Source: Candidatus Hermodarchaeota archaeon
Lineage (GTDB): Archaea; Asgardarchaeota; Thorarchaeia; Thorarchaeales; Thorarchaeaceae
Reading direction: 5' to 3'
NCBI GenBank assembly: GCA_048885865.1
Contig: JBHLLF010000022.1
Location: forward strand, 1-48,396
DNA: 48,396 bases
Below the pieces are notes generated by a model. The model was given only the letters and a program-made list of their open reading frames with translations, was not told the DNA's origin and ran no database searches. Of this stretch, positions 17,285 to 26,340 are shown in pieces. The position numbers and the translations under genes are program-made. Position 1 is the first letter of the stretch. Every line of letters begins with the position of its first letter.

Positions 17285-17335
17285 AGAAGTGGGAGTCCCA
17301 TGGGCTCCTCTTCTGCTTTCTCTTTCTTCTTCTCT
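17285..17335 (+). terminator. Hairpin plus pyrimidine tract ending the GTPase operon
   Basis: AGAAG.GGGAG.CCC-AT-GGG-CTCC.CTTCT followed by GCTTTCTCTTTCTTCTTCTCT, 10 nt after the stop. Confidence 0.55.
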
Positions 17336-17487
17336 GAGCCCTAAGATCACGCACACAAGAAGAGGGCAAAGCGACCTCTATGCATCGAGCGTTTCCTTGG
17401 GACTCAAAAACAAGGTGTTAGGCCTTGCAAAAGGATGAATGAGTCTGAGCAAGATAGACTCAAAGCACAAAATGTATTGCTTAAGGC

Positions 17488-17781
17488 ATGGACTTCTCAG
17501 AAAACGAAAGATCATATGAGGAGATGATTAGAGTCATCTCGCCGCCGCATTGTGCACGAGGGCCCAATAGATGTGATGCATGCGCGGAGGCGGCTAAAAC
17601 CAAGGTCATTTGCTTGGTCAGAGTATATCTCGATCCAGGACAGTTTGCAAGACCAATCATGGAGCTGTCGAGGGATGGAGACACCTCATATTACGAATTT
17701 GATGTCGTCAGACGATTCGAAACCGAAGCTGAAGCAATAAAATACGCACTAGATAATGGAATCGAAGATATTGAAATCTAA
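17488..17781 (+). CDS. Small hypothetical protein with HC-x6-CxxC putative metal-binding motif
   Basis: 97-aa ORF, PPHCARGPNRCDAC, globular composition. Confidence 0.7.
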   Translation: MDFSENERSYEEMIRVISPPHCARGPNRCDACAEAAKTKVICLVRVYLDPGQFARPIMELSRDGDTSYYEFDVVRRFETEAEAIKYALDNGIEDIEI

Positions 17782-18014
17782 GTTGAACATCTTGAGGAAA
17801 CCATTCTCACCAAATCGTTTCAGGGCAATATGAGTGAATTAAAGGGAAGCAGGGAACGGAGCAAAATGTTTTTCCGTGCTCCTTACTGGCTATCCAAGTT
17901 ACATCCCCAGCGAAAGACCTTAATGCATGTCGAAATTCAATCCAGACGACAAGCATTCGCAGTCGAGGGAGTCCCCACCCCCACTTGGGATGGCAAGTCA
18001 TGGAGTCAGATTAG

Positions 18015-19829
18015 ATGCGCGTATATCTAGATGCAAACTTCTTCATCAGCGGTTTCAGCAACCGACCGAAAGATGTCTTCATAGTGAAGGAGGCGGCTGA
18101 AAAGGCAGGAATGGAACTCTGGGTCACTCGCCAGGTCTTTCAGGAGCTCAGATGGTACCTGAGAAGGGAGGCAGAGCAAGTAGTCCAGATTGATGAAACC
18201 CTCACAAAGGACATCAAGGAACTGATGGAGAGTATCAATAAGCCTGAAAGTTCTCTTCCTCAGCACAATGACATGTCTCTCATTCTTGGGGCAATGAGGG
18301 TCAAGAAGTCTAAGATCGTCACTAGTGACCTTAAGTTACTCAATACCATTCAAGACATCCAGGTGGACGTGGAAGGAATAGTTGGTTCGGCGTTTGTTCT
18401 TGAGCTCATGGAATCCATTGATGATGAGGGACTAAAGAACAAGCTATCAGTGCTGCGTGAGAGAATCTATGGCGAGGAAGTGAGATATAGTATCTCGCGC
18501 CAAGAGGCCTATGATCCCGTCACAAGAATTAGACTCATAGAGGAACATGCGCTCCGTGTACTTAGGGCAGTCAAGGCACCTGCAGAAGGGTTGGATAGAC
18601 AGCTTTCAAGGGGACAGCCGCTCTTTATTCTTGATTTCCTCGAGGACATCAAAGCTGGAATTCCCACGATGTTTGAGGATTTCCGAAATGGCAAGTACAA
18701 CACACTAGCCCTTGAGATTGAAGCCATTCAAAACGAGATTGAACGACTACTCATAGTTTCCACACTCACCAACGATTCAGACACTCATTCGAAGCTTGTT
18801 CAACATGCATCGGACTTGACGCTGTTTCTCTATTACTTGGAAATGATTTGTCACCTTTATCGTGGAACCAGGCAGGGCATTGAAGAGGCATTGGTCATCT
18901 CCGACGAGGCATTCAGACTCCTAATGTTCGCTGGGGTGTCCAATGATGAACTCAAAGCAAGCGTGTTCTTTGTTCGTATCGTTCTAGCAATGATCCGTGA
19001 GGACTATGATGAGATTGACTACTATTATTCCCTTTACGACTCAATGATTCGAAGGGTGGGACTCGAGGATATGATTGAGACCTCAGAAGGCCTATACGTC
19101 ATCATGCAGGTCTTGAGAGAGTTCATGGGTGGCTTCTCTCTCACAAAGAGCAAGCTCCAATATCCATCTGCAACTCTTGCTTTATTGAGCGATATCGCAA
19201 AACATGCAATTCAATTTGATGAGCACGATAATGCCTGGCAATTGGTTGTGACTTCATACAAGGTCGGTGTGGCGTATGGCAAGGAAGAAGGGGCTCTTGC
19301 ATCTTTCCTCATGCTCTATAAGATCTCATCCTCATCGCACGACAGATTCAAGCCAGCTTTGGAAAAGATTGCCGAGCATGCGCTCAAGATGTTTGTGAAG
19401 AAGGGCTGGGACACATCAAAAATAACTCCGATTCTGAACGAGATTCAAGGCAATTTGCCGCCCATTGAAGACATGACTACAAAGGAGCCAGTAGATTTGG
19501 AGGAGCTGCCTGATGAAGTTTGTAGTTGGATGGATGTCTTATCAGTGGAAACAATAAACGACAATACGACACTTGTTGTTAGGAATGAGCAGCTTCAGGT
19601 CAGAATCGGGATAGATATCATGAAACAGCCCGAGCTTGGAAACTTGAAGACAGGCCACAAGGTAGCTCTGATTGGTGGAAAATTCAGCCTAGCGAATGCA
19701 GATCCAGAAGTGGTGGATAAATACGCTGTCATGCTCATCATAACTCCTGGCGATGATTCAGAGATCTCCTATGAGGGCGAGTATGGTTTTAGCTGGCTCA
19801 AAATCGCAGAACCTGAACCTGAAGTATAA
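18015..19829 (+). CDS. PIN-domain nuclease fused to a helical (TPR-like) region and a C-terminal beta domain
   Basis: RVYLDANFF, VFQEL, NDMSLI and IVTSDLKL supply the four PIN acidic residues; ~350 aa helical middle; beta-rich C-terminus. Confidence 0.8.
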   Translation: MRVYLDANFFISGFSNRPKDVFIVKEAAEKAGMELWVTRQVFQELRWYLRREAEQVVQIDETLTKDIKELMESINKPESSLPQHNDMSLILGAMRVKKSKIVTSDLKLLNTIQDIQVDVEGIVGSAFVLELMESIDDEGLKNKLSVLRERIYGEEVRYSISRQEAYDPVTRIRLIEEHALRVLRAVKAPAEGLDRQLSRGQPLFILDFLEDIKAGIPTMFEDFRNGKYNTLALEIEAIQNEIERLLIVSTLTNDSDTHSKLVQHASDLTLFLYYLEMICHLYRGTRQGIEEALVISDEAFRLLMFAGVSNDELKASVFFVRIVLAMIREDYDEIDYYYSLYDSMIRRVGLEDMIETSEGLYVIMQVLREFMGGFSLTKSKLQYPSATLALLSDIAKHAIQFDEHDNAWQLVVTSYKVGVAYGKEEGALASFLMLYKISSSSHDRFKPALEKIAEHALKMFVKKGWDTSKITPILNEIQGNLPPIEDMTTKEPVDLEELPDEVCSWMDVLSVETINDNTTLVVRNEQLQVRIGIDIMKQPELGNLKTGHKVALIGGKFSLANADPEVVDKYAVMLIITPGDDSEISYEGEYGFSWLKIAEPEPEV

Positions 19830-19854
19830 TCTGAATAAAATGGATGTGTGAATA

Positions 19855-20265
19855 GTGGACCCAGTAGTAGCGCTAGGCATTCTTGGTGGAGTGTTACTTG
19901 CTTCTTGGTTCAACTATATCCTCAATCGTGCTCCTGGATCGGACCCTGATGATTTCCTTGTCGGACCTCCAGCACTTGAGATACAATGTGATTGCTTTCT
20001 CAATACCATGATAGTGGGAGGTATTGCTGTGCTTGCAATGGCATTAATGTCATCCTTCTTTGCTTCAAGGATAGAACTCTACATTGTAGGAATTTTGTCA
20101 TATATTGTCATAACTCTGGCAGGTGTGTATGGGAGGAAGAAACGACATGAGGACTGGATGGAGCTTGATGGCATTCTTAAGAAGTCTTTTCCTGAATCAC
20201 GCAACCCCACAAGAAGGGACCGCCTAGATATGATGTTCAGGGATTATGAGGAAGAAGACTACTAG
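19855..20265 (+). CDS. Small 3-TM membrane protein
   Basis: Three hydrophobic segments, charged C-terminal tail; 25 nt after the PIN gene. Confidence 0.7.
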   Translation: MDPVVALGILGGVLLASWFNYILNRAPGSDPDDFLVGPPALEIQCDCFLNTMIVGGIAVLAMALMSSFFASRIELYIVGILSYIVITLAGVYGRKKRHEDWMELDGILKKSFPESRNPTRRDRLDMMFRDYEEEDY

Positions 20266-20270
20266 AAGAT

Positions 20271-20630
20271 TCAATCAGTTTCTATCTTGTCATCTTTCAA
20301 GTTTGGCAATTTCACTGCTATTATGGTAACATCCTCACTATCAGGCGTTTCAAACCAATGTCGCTCGCTTGGCTCGACCAAGACCACATCCCCCTCATCC
20401 AGGTCATAGAGTGTTTCATCAACTCCCATCCTTGTGGGATTCATAATTACGAAGGCTTCTTCGAGCTCCCCATGCGCATGAGGAGTAGTCTTCATGTTGG
20501 GCGGGATCTTAACAAGAATGAAACCAGCACTCTCAATTGGGTTTGTCAAGCCAATGTCTGCAACGTATTTAACTCCGTAGCCGGCTCGACCCTTTAGATC
20601 GACTTCAGACGCTCTATATACCTTGACCAT
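20271..20630 (-). CDS. Cupin-domain protein
   Basis: PHAHGELEEAF and GDVVLVEPSERHWF cupin motifs; ATG 20630 preferred over TTG 20639. Confidence 0.85.
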   Translation of the reverse strand: MVKVYRASEVDLKGRAGYGVKYVADIGLTNPIESAGFILVKIPPNMKTTPHAHGELEEAFVIMNPTRMGVDETLYDLDEGDVVLVEPSERHWFETPDSEDVTIIAVKLPNLKDDKIETD

Positions 20631-20925
20631 CTTAATCAAGGAAAAGGGAATGATTCGGCTGAATAAGGTTATCTTATTGTATGAAGCTCAGGTATCTTTT
20701 TTGCTGATCATACTCTGCAGTATAACCCTTGGAAAATCCGCATATTCCCGCACAGTCATCTGGCATGATTTCCTCAGATAACACCTGTTGAACCGTGAGC
20801 TTCGCAAGATTACATCTCCTAAACCTTAGGAATCATCTTCCTGTTGCGCTTGAGCGTATTTAGCCACCTACAAGCAAGACATCCATGACCCATAGCTATT
20901 TTTTCGTTTTTGAGAAGGAGAACCT

Positions 20926-22047
20926 GTGAATCGCCCTTCAAAGGAAATCCCTGATGGAGCCAGAGTCATGTACAAGGCTTTGGTTCTTGGAGTCAATTCC
21001 GCTCTGCAAACAGGATTTCTCAATATTGCTTCGGAAGGCACTGTAGCATATCAGCTGCACTCCACAGTTGGAGTAGGCATTGGAGTATCTAGGAGTAGGC
21101 TAGACGATGGTGGAGAAGCGGTACTCCAATTGTGGGCATTGCCCATAACTGAAAGGTTTCCAGGCCTCACTCAAACATTCATGAGAGGGCACAGGGGGGC
21201 GATAATTGTGTTAAGACCAAAAGAAGCAGACTCATTCCTTGATTTGTATAAGGCTCTCACTGAGAAGTCTAGAGCATTCCTGATTGTGGCTATTGTAGGA
21301 AACAGTCAAGGAACTGAAGAAGCGCTTAAGCACATTGCAGATGTAATGGGAGTTCAACCCTTAGTTCGCCATTTGGAAAGCGTTGGAGAAACGATAGGCG
21401 CACTGGCCTCCATGTTGCGAAGTGGCGATTCCAATAGAGACCTCCCGTTCATCGCACTGTTGACCGAAGATGCATGTCCCGCCCAACAACCAATTTCCAG
21501 TCCTAATCAATTGCCTCCGAATTCGAATGAGGAAATGATGATAATCAAGGAGAACGCTGAGGCATTTGGGATCAGCTCAACAAGCACACATTGTATTCTG
21601 GAACTTGATGAAGGAACCATGAAGATTGAGATTTCAATGGGAGAGGCCATTCTTGAACCAGTGATATGCCGGTATTGTCTCAAGAAATGCGTGCGGAGGT
21701 CGAAGATCTGTATTGTAGGAACAGATGCAGGATGGTCATCAGAAGACCTTGGTACAAGAGCGTTGTTGACCTTAGCAAAAATCTACGCACTAGCAACTCG
21801 AGAGATTCCAGACCACGTTGAGAAGCAGCTATACCGAGCCTCAAGATGTTCAAAAATCGAGCTGCCCAATGACTTGAGCAGCAAGCCACTCCTTGAGGAA
21901 AGACTCACGAGGCTAGGATATATCAAGAAGGGAGTCTCCTGGACACTACTGGATGAAGCCAACCGTAGATTGCAAGACGGCAGGCTTTCCGAGATTGATT
22001 ACGAGTCTATTGCTAGAAGAATTCAATCTCAAGAACTAGACCAGTAG
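20926..22047 (+). CDS. Rab-fold pseudo-GTPase with Cys-cluster domain and SHOCT-like C-terminus
   Basis: YKALVLG...STVGV...LQLW....ERF..L...FMRG..GAIIV is collinear with Rab but lacks GxxxxGK, DxxG and NKxD; CRYCLKKC....IC; LLDEANRRLQDGRLSEIDYE. Confidence 0.7.
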   Translation: MNRPSKEIPDGARVMYKALVLGVNSALQTGFLNIASEGTVAYQLHSTVGVGIGVSRSRLDDGGEAVLQLWALPITERFPGLTQTFMRGHRGAIIVLRPKEADSFLDLYKALTEKSRAFLIVAIVGNSQGTEEALKHIADVMGVQPLVRHLESVGETIGALASMLRSGDSNRDLPFIALLTEDACPAQQPISSPNQLPPNSNEEMMIIKENAEAFGISSTSTHCILELDEGTMKIEISMGEAILEPVICRYCLKKCVRRSKICIVGTDAGWSSEDLGTRALLTLAKIYALATREIPDHVEKQLYRASRCSKIELPNDLSSKPLLEERLTRLGYIKKGVSWTLLDEANRRLQDGRLSEIDYESIARRIQSQELDQ

Positions 22048-22048
22048 T

Positions 22049-22558
22049 GTGAATCCCATGATAAGGAGCATTTCTGTGATAGGTGGATCAGATAGCGATG
22101 AGAGTATCCTAGAATTGGCTGAAGCAGTGGGTGAAGAGATCGCAAAACGTGGTGCCGCTGTTGTCTGCGGTGGACTAGGCGGTGTGATGGAAGCCGCTTG
22201 TAGAGGAGCTAAGAAGCATGGAGGCACCACCATTGGAATTCTTCCTACTGACTTCAAAGAACATGCCAACAAGTATGTGGACATTGCTGTTCCTACAGGA
22301 ATGGGATATGCTAGGAACTTCTTGGTTGCGAAGACGGGGGATGCCGTTATTGCAATTGCAGGATCCGCTGGAACATTGAGCGAAATGGCAATTGCCTGGT
22401 TTTCTGACAGACCAATCATTGCACTAGTGCCGTCAGGCGGATGGGCAAAGCGCTTAGCCGGAACCAAGATAGATGAGAGAAGGGATGATGTGGTCCTGCC
22501 CGCTGAATCTCCACAAGATGCTGTTGAAAAGGCATTCAATGCCCTGGGGTGGGAATAG
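22049..22558 (+). CDS. LOG/SLOG family protein (TIGR00725-like)
   Basis: ISVIGGS, CGGLGGVMEAACRGA, GILP, TGMGYARN, GSAGTLSE; alternative start ATG 22058. Confidence 0.92.
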   Translation: MNPMIRSISVIGGSDSDESILELAEAVGEEIAKRGAAVVCGGLGGVMEAACRGAKKHGGTTIGILPTDFKEHANKYVDIAVPTGMGYARNFLVAKTGDAVIAIAGSAGTLSEMAIAWFSDRPIIALVPSGGWAKRLAGTKIDERRDDVVLPAESPQDAVEKAFNALGWE

Positions 22559-23445
22559 CACCAAGAGCCAAGTTCTTTAGGACACCTCATGAGTATGTAT
22601 TTGAGATGCATCTTGCAAAGCGGGTCCTGGAGGGCAAAGCTGACCTCACTGAAGAGGAAATAGAGCAGTTAGTTGGAACCTTGAGTGATCAATACAGGGG
22701 GTTCCCTAATGTTGTCGAAACACCACGAAGAGACGTTTACTACGTTGGTGATCTGCATGGAGAGCTTCAAAGCGCTCTGGTTGCTCAACAACTTCTCCAG
22801 AATCGTAAGGATGCAACAATGATATTTCTTGGTGACTATGCAGATAGGGGGCCACAGCAAATCGAAACTGTCAATCTTGTGTTTTCGATAGCAATTGAAT
22901 ATCCATACAGAGTGATGGCATTAAGGGGCAATCATGAGTCCGACAGTGTCGCCAGGACATATGGATTCTACAACGCTGTGAAAGCCAGATACTCACCAGA
23001 TGTATTTGATAGCTACTGTTCAGGATTCAAGATGCTACCACTAGGAGGTTTGAGTTCTAATGGCGTGTTCTCCTGTCATGGAGGAATACCAGAAGGAGTA
23101 GATACGCTTGAGCAGATTCAAAAAGTGGACCGATTCCATGAGGATTTCCAAGACCCAATCGCTCTCCAATTGACATGGAACGACCCAGCGGAGGGGGATT
23201 TCAGATTCAGTCCCAATTGGAGGGGAGGCGGCTCAATGATCTATGGGCGACTAGCATTCAATGAATTTGCTGAATCCTTGGGGATTGCCTTAATGTTCAG
23301 AGCACATCAGGTGTTTCCAGATGGCATCCAGACCTTCTTTGATGAGAGATTGATTAGCGTATTCAGTGCAACATACAACAACCGAGTAAAGCCGAAGATT
23401 GTACATCTCAGGGATGGATTGGAAACAGAGCTGATTCAGATTTAG
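22549..23445 (+). CDS. PPP-family Ser/Thr protein phosphatase
   Basis: GDLHG, GDYADRG, RGNHE, HGG, WND, RAHQ, SVFSATY; start may be ATG 22606. Confidence 0.93.
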   Translation: MGIAPRAKFFRTPHEYVFEMHLAKRVLEGKADLTEEEIEQLVGTLSDQYRGFPNVVETPRRDVYYVGDLHGELQSALVAQQLLQNRKDATMIFLGDYADRGPQQIETVNLVFSIAIEYPYRVMALRGNHESDSVARTYGFYNAVKARYSPDVFDSYCSGFKMLPLGGLSSNGVFSCHGGIPEGVDTLEQIQKVDRFHEDFQDPIALQLTWNDPAEGDFRFSPNWRGGGSMIYGRLAFNEFAESLGIALMFRAHQVFPDGIQTFFDERLISVFSATYNNRVKPKIVHLRDGLETELIQI

Positions 23446-23565
23446 AGCAAGGCTTTTGGTACAAAACTGCAATTAGGGCGAAGTTCTTAAGGGCACCAAA
23501 TGCGACCACTATCAACTCGAAAAGACTCAATAGCGGGAGATTAAATCGCTTCGAGGGATTATCAT

Positions 23566-24645
23566 ATGCCCAAGGTAGCTGTAGTAAACACCACTGCAAA
23601 GACAATCTTTGACGACATTAGTCGCCTCCTCGATGAGGCCGAATATCAAAAGCATGTCTCAAAGGATGTTGCAACTACCATCAAGCTGAATCTATCCTGG
23701 TCAAAGTTCTATCCCGCATGTTCAACTAACCCCTACGTGTTCGACGGCCTTCTAAGAAAAATGATAGCGGATGGCTATTCACCGCGCAATATTCAAGCGG
23801 TTGAGAACGAAACCGTCGTCACCAATATCTATGCTGGCACTAGGGGGAACAATTGGTATCCTGTAATTAAGAAGCACCGGATTAAGTTCCTCCCACTCAT
23901 TAAGGCCACCTACGTTGATGTGAAGCTCCCTCAAAAGACTCTAGTCCTTGAGGATGTGTTCGGAGAGATCATTGCACCGAAGGAAATCTTTGGAACAAAC
24001 ATAATTCACCTTCCCACTGTGAAGACGCACGGTCACACGCAGATGACGGGGGCTCTCAAGGACTCATTCGGATTGTATTTGACCAAAAAGAGACACCTTG
24101 CACATCTCAAGATCCATGAGGTGCTGGTCGATCTGCTATTGCTTCAGCAAACCATCTCTCACTCTGAGTTTGTACTTACTGATGGTACTGTCATGGGAGA
24201 CGGGGCAGGACCACGAACTATGATTCCAAAGATTGGAAATCTGCTAATCGCTACAAACGACATGGTAGCTGCTGATACGGTACAATCCAGAATCATGGGA
24301 TTGGATCTGAATTGTGTCCATAAGCTTCAGATTGCTGACAGCCTAGGACTGGGTAGTGCAGACCCTGAGAACATTGAAATTGTCGGTGACTACGAGTCGT
24401 GGAAGGATTTGCCGAATTTCCATATGAGTCCAGGCAAATCGCCAGTGATTGCTTGGAACAGAGGATTCCTACGATTTCCGGGCATGGAGCAATTCCTTTT
24501 CCGCTCGCCCCTAATGTGGCTACCTACACAGCTCTCCGGACTGTATCATGATGGAATCTGGCTTCCACTCAAGGGTAAGAAATGGGTGAACTGGTTCCTT
24601 GAGGAAACCGAATGGGGAGATCTTTGGAAATCATATTCAGAATAG
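23566..24645 (+). CDS. DUF362 family protein
   Basis: IKLNLSW..YPACSTNP, LPTVKTHGHT.MTGALK, G.GP, D.VAAD....IMG motifs. Confidence 0.85.
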   Translation: MPKVAVVNTTAKTIFDDISRLLDEAEYQKHVSKDVATTIKLNLSWSKFYPACSTNPYVFDGLLRKMIADGYSPRNIQAVENETVVTNIYAGTRGNNWYPVIKKHRIKFLPLIKATYVDVKLPQKTLVLEDVFGEIIAPKEIFGTNIIHLPTVKTHGHTQMTGALKDSFGLYLTKKRHLAHLKIHEVLVDLLLLQQTISHSEFVLTDGTVMGDGAGPRTMIPKIGNLLIATNDMVAADTVQSRIMGLDLNCVHKLQIADSLGLGSADPENIEIVGDYESWKDLPNFHMSPGKSPVIAWNRGFLRFPGMEQFLFRSPLMWLPTQLSGLYHDGIWLPLKGKKWVNWFLEETEWGDLWKSYSE

Positions 24646-24660
24646 GATGGAGAATCAGAA

Positions 24661-25656
24661 ATGGCAGCTAAGGACTACATCAAATTAATGCGCCCATGGC
24701 AGTGGTACAAGAACTTGCTTGTCTTCATTGCAGTGATATTCGTGGAGATTCCACAGCAATGGCCATGGGAGAAGCTACCAGCAATTTTCGACTGGGCGAA
24801 CTATCCCCTACTTATTCTTGGATTCGTCGCACTTTGCTTTGTATCAAGTGCAGGATACGTCATTAATGACATTTCAGACATGGAAAAGGACTCAGCCCAT
24901 CCTGAGAAAAAGAATCGCCCGCTTCCTTCTGGCGGGGCATCGAAGAAGACAGCCTATATTCTGGCTGCCGTCCTCATGGCTGGAGGGCTCTGGTTGTCAT
25001 ACTATGGTGTCGGAATGCTCGGAGCCTATTATCGAGTGGGAGCTGTGGCAGGGCTCTTCCTACTCATTGTCATCCTGTATATTGTCAATGCTCAACTATA
25101 CAACTACTTCCTTCGCCAATGGGCTGTTGTTGATGTAGTCATCCTCGCAGTGGGATTCATCCTCAGAGCAATTGGAGGCACCTTTCTCATCGGCGTGCCA
25201 TTCACATCCTGGCTGGTAGTGGGCATATTCTTCTTCGCACTGATTCTGGGATTCGGGAAGCGAAAGAACGAGTTACAACTCCTAGGTGAAGATGCTGAGG
25301 CTCACAAAGAGGTGTTTGATCAGTACACAGAGAGCATGCTGGACCAAGGAATTACTATGTCAGCCACCTGGTTTGTGCTCTTCTACGCGCTTTATGTATA
25401 CAATAACTTTCCAAACCCAGTCGCTCAGCCTGTTATGATGACAGTTCCAATAGCTGCAGGACTTATACTGAGATACGTGTACCTCATCCAATCAGGAAGT
25501 CCAGTGGGTCGGAAGCCACATCTAGCTTTCAAAGATCTGGGGATTCTTATCGGAAGCATAATCTTCCTTGGAACATTACTATTTACGATGTTCTTCTGGC
25601 TGCCTGTATTCGAATTCATTCAGGTTATTTTCCCACCCCCTGAAGTAATTCCATAG
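24661..25656 (+). CDS. UbiA-family decaprenyl-phosphate phosphoribosyltransferase-like protein
   Basis: RPWQWYKNLLVF, GYVINDISDMEKDSAHPEKKNRPLPSG, GKRKNEL; multi-TM. Confidence 0.88.
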   Translation: MAAKDYIKLMRPWQWYKNLLVFIAVIFVEIPQQWPWEKLPAIFDWANYPLLILGFVALCFVSSAGYVINDISDMEKDSAHPEKKNRPLPSGGASKKTAYILAAVLMAGGLWLSYYGVGMLGAYYRVGAVAGLFLLIVILYIVNAQLYNYFLRQWAVVDVVILAVGFILRAIGGTFLIGVPFTSWLVVGIFFFALILGFGKRKNELQLLGEDAEAHKEVFDQYTESMLDQGITMSATWFVLFYALYVYNNFPNPVAQPVMMTVPIAAGLILRYVYLIQSGSPVGRKPHLAFKDLGILIGSIIFLGTLLFTMFFWLPVFEFIQVIFPPPEVIP

Positions 25657-26340
25657 GTGTTACAGATGAGCCCGCGCCTCTCAGCCTTTGACCTTCATAC
25701 ACACACCCTATTCTCGAAGGATGGGTTGAATAAGCCGGCAAATCTGTTCAAGCTGATGAGGATGAAAGGGCTAAGGGGCATGGCACTTACTGAGCATTGG
25801 CAGCCGTCCATCTTCAAACCTATAGCCAGAAATGACAGGTTTCTACTCAACGGTTGTGAATACAAATCATCTGACCACGGAGAGCTGATAGGTCTATTCG
25901 TAACCGAACCAATCAAGAATCGCACGTTCGAAGAGATAGCTGATGACATCCATGATCAAAACGCCCTGACGATTCTACCACATCCGAAGGATCCCTTTAG
26001 GAAACACACTGCAACCAGAAGGAAATTGCCTGAGGATCTGATTAGCAAGCATGTAGATCTTATTGAGGGAATAAACTCACGCTGTCTGCTCCCAATACAC
26101 AACACCAAGGCTCAGCGTTTGGCCAAACGACTGAGTAAGCCGATGACAGCTGGAAGTGATGGGCATTTCACGAGAGAGGTCGGGCACGGCAAGACTTGGT
26201 TGCAGGACATAGGAACTGCTGATGATATCTACGAGGAACTAAGGAAGGGAAGAACTCAGATCACTGGTCATGTATCTTTCTTCTACGTTCATATACCTGG
26301 TTTCATCTGGCAACGACTGAGGAGGTGGCCCTATGAGTGA
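25657..26340 (+). CDS. PHP-domain metal-dependent phosphoesterase
   Basis: DLHTHT..SKDG, LTEH, GCE, PHP, AGSDGH; alternative start ATG 25666. Confidence 0.88.
   Translation: MLQMSPRLSAFDLHTHTLFSKDGLNKPANLFKLMRMKGLRGMALTEHWQPSIFKPIARNDRFLLNGCEYKSSDHGELIGLFVTEPIKNRTFEEIADDIHDQNALTILPHPKDPFRKHTATRRKLPEDLISKHVDLIEGINSRCLLPIHNTKAQRLAKRLSKPMTAGSDGHFTREVGHGKTWLQDIGTADDIYEELRKGRTQITGHVSFFYVHIPGFIWQRLRRWPYE

Noticed and set aside
18015-19829. VapBC toxin-antitoxin pair
   Set aside because: The PIN domain is part of a 604-aa multidomain protein, and the upstream 66-aa ORF (17830..18030) has no antitoxin-like features
20926-22047. Pseudogene call for the degenerate GTPase
   Set aside because: The ORF is uninterrupted, coupled to the next gene and retains its structural residues
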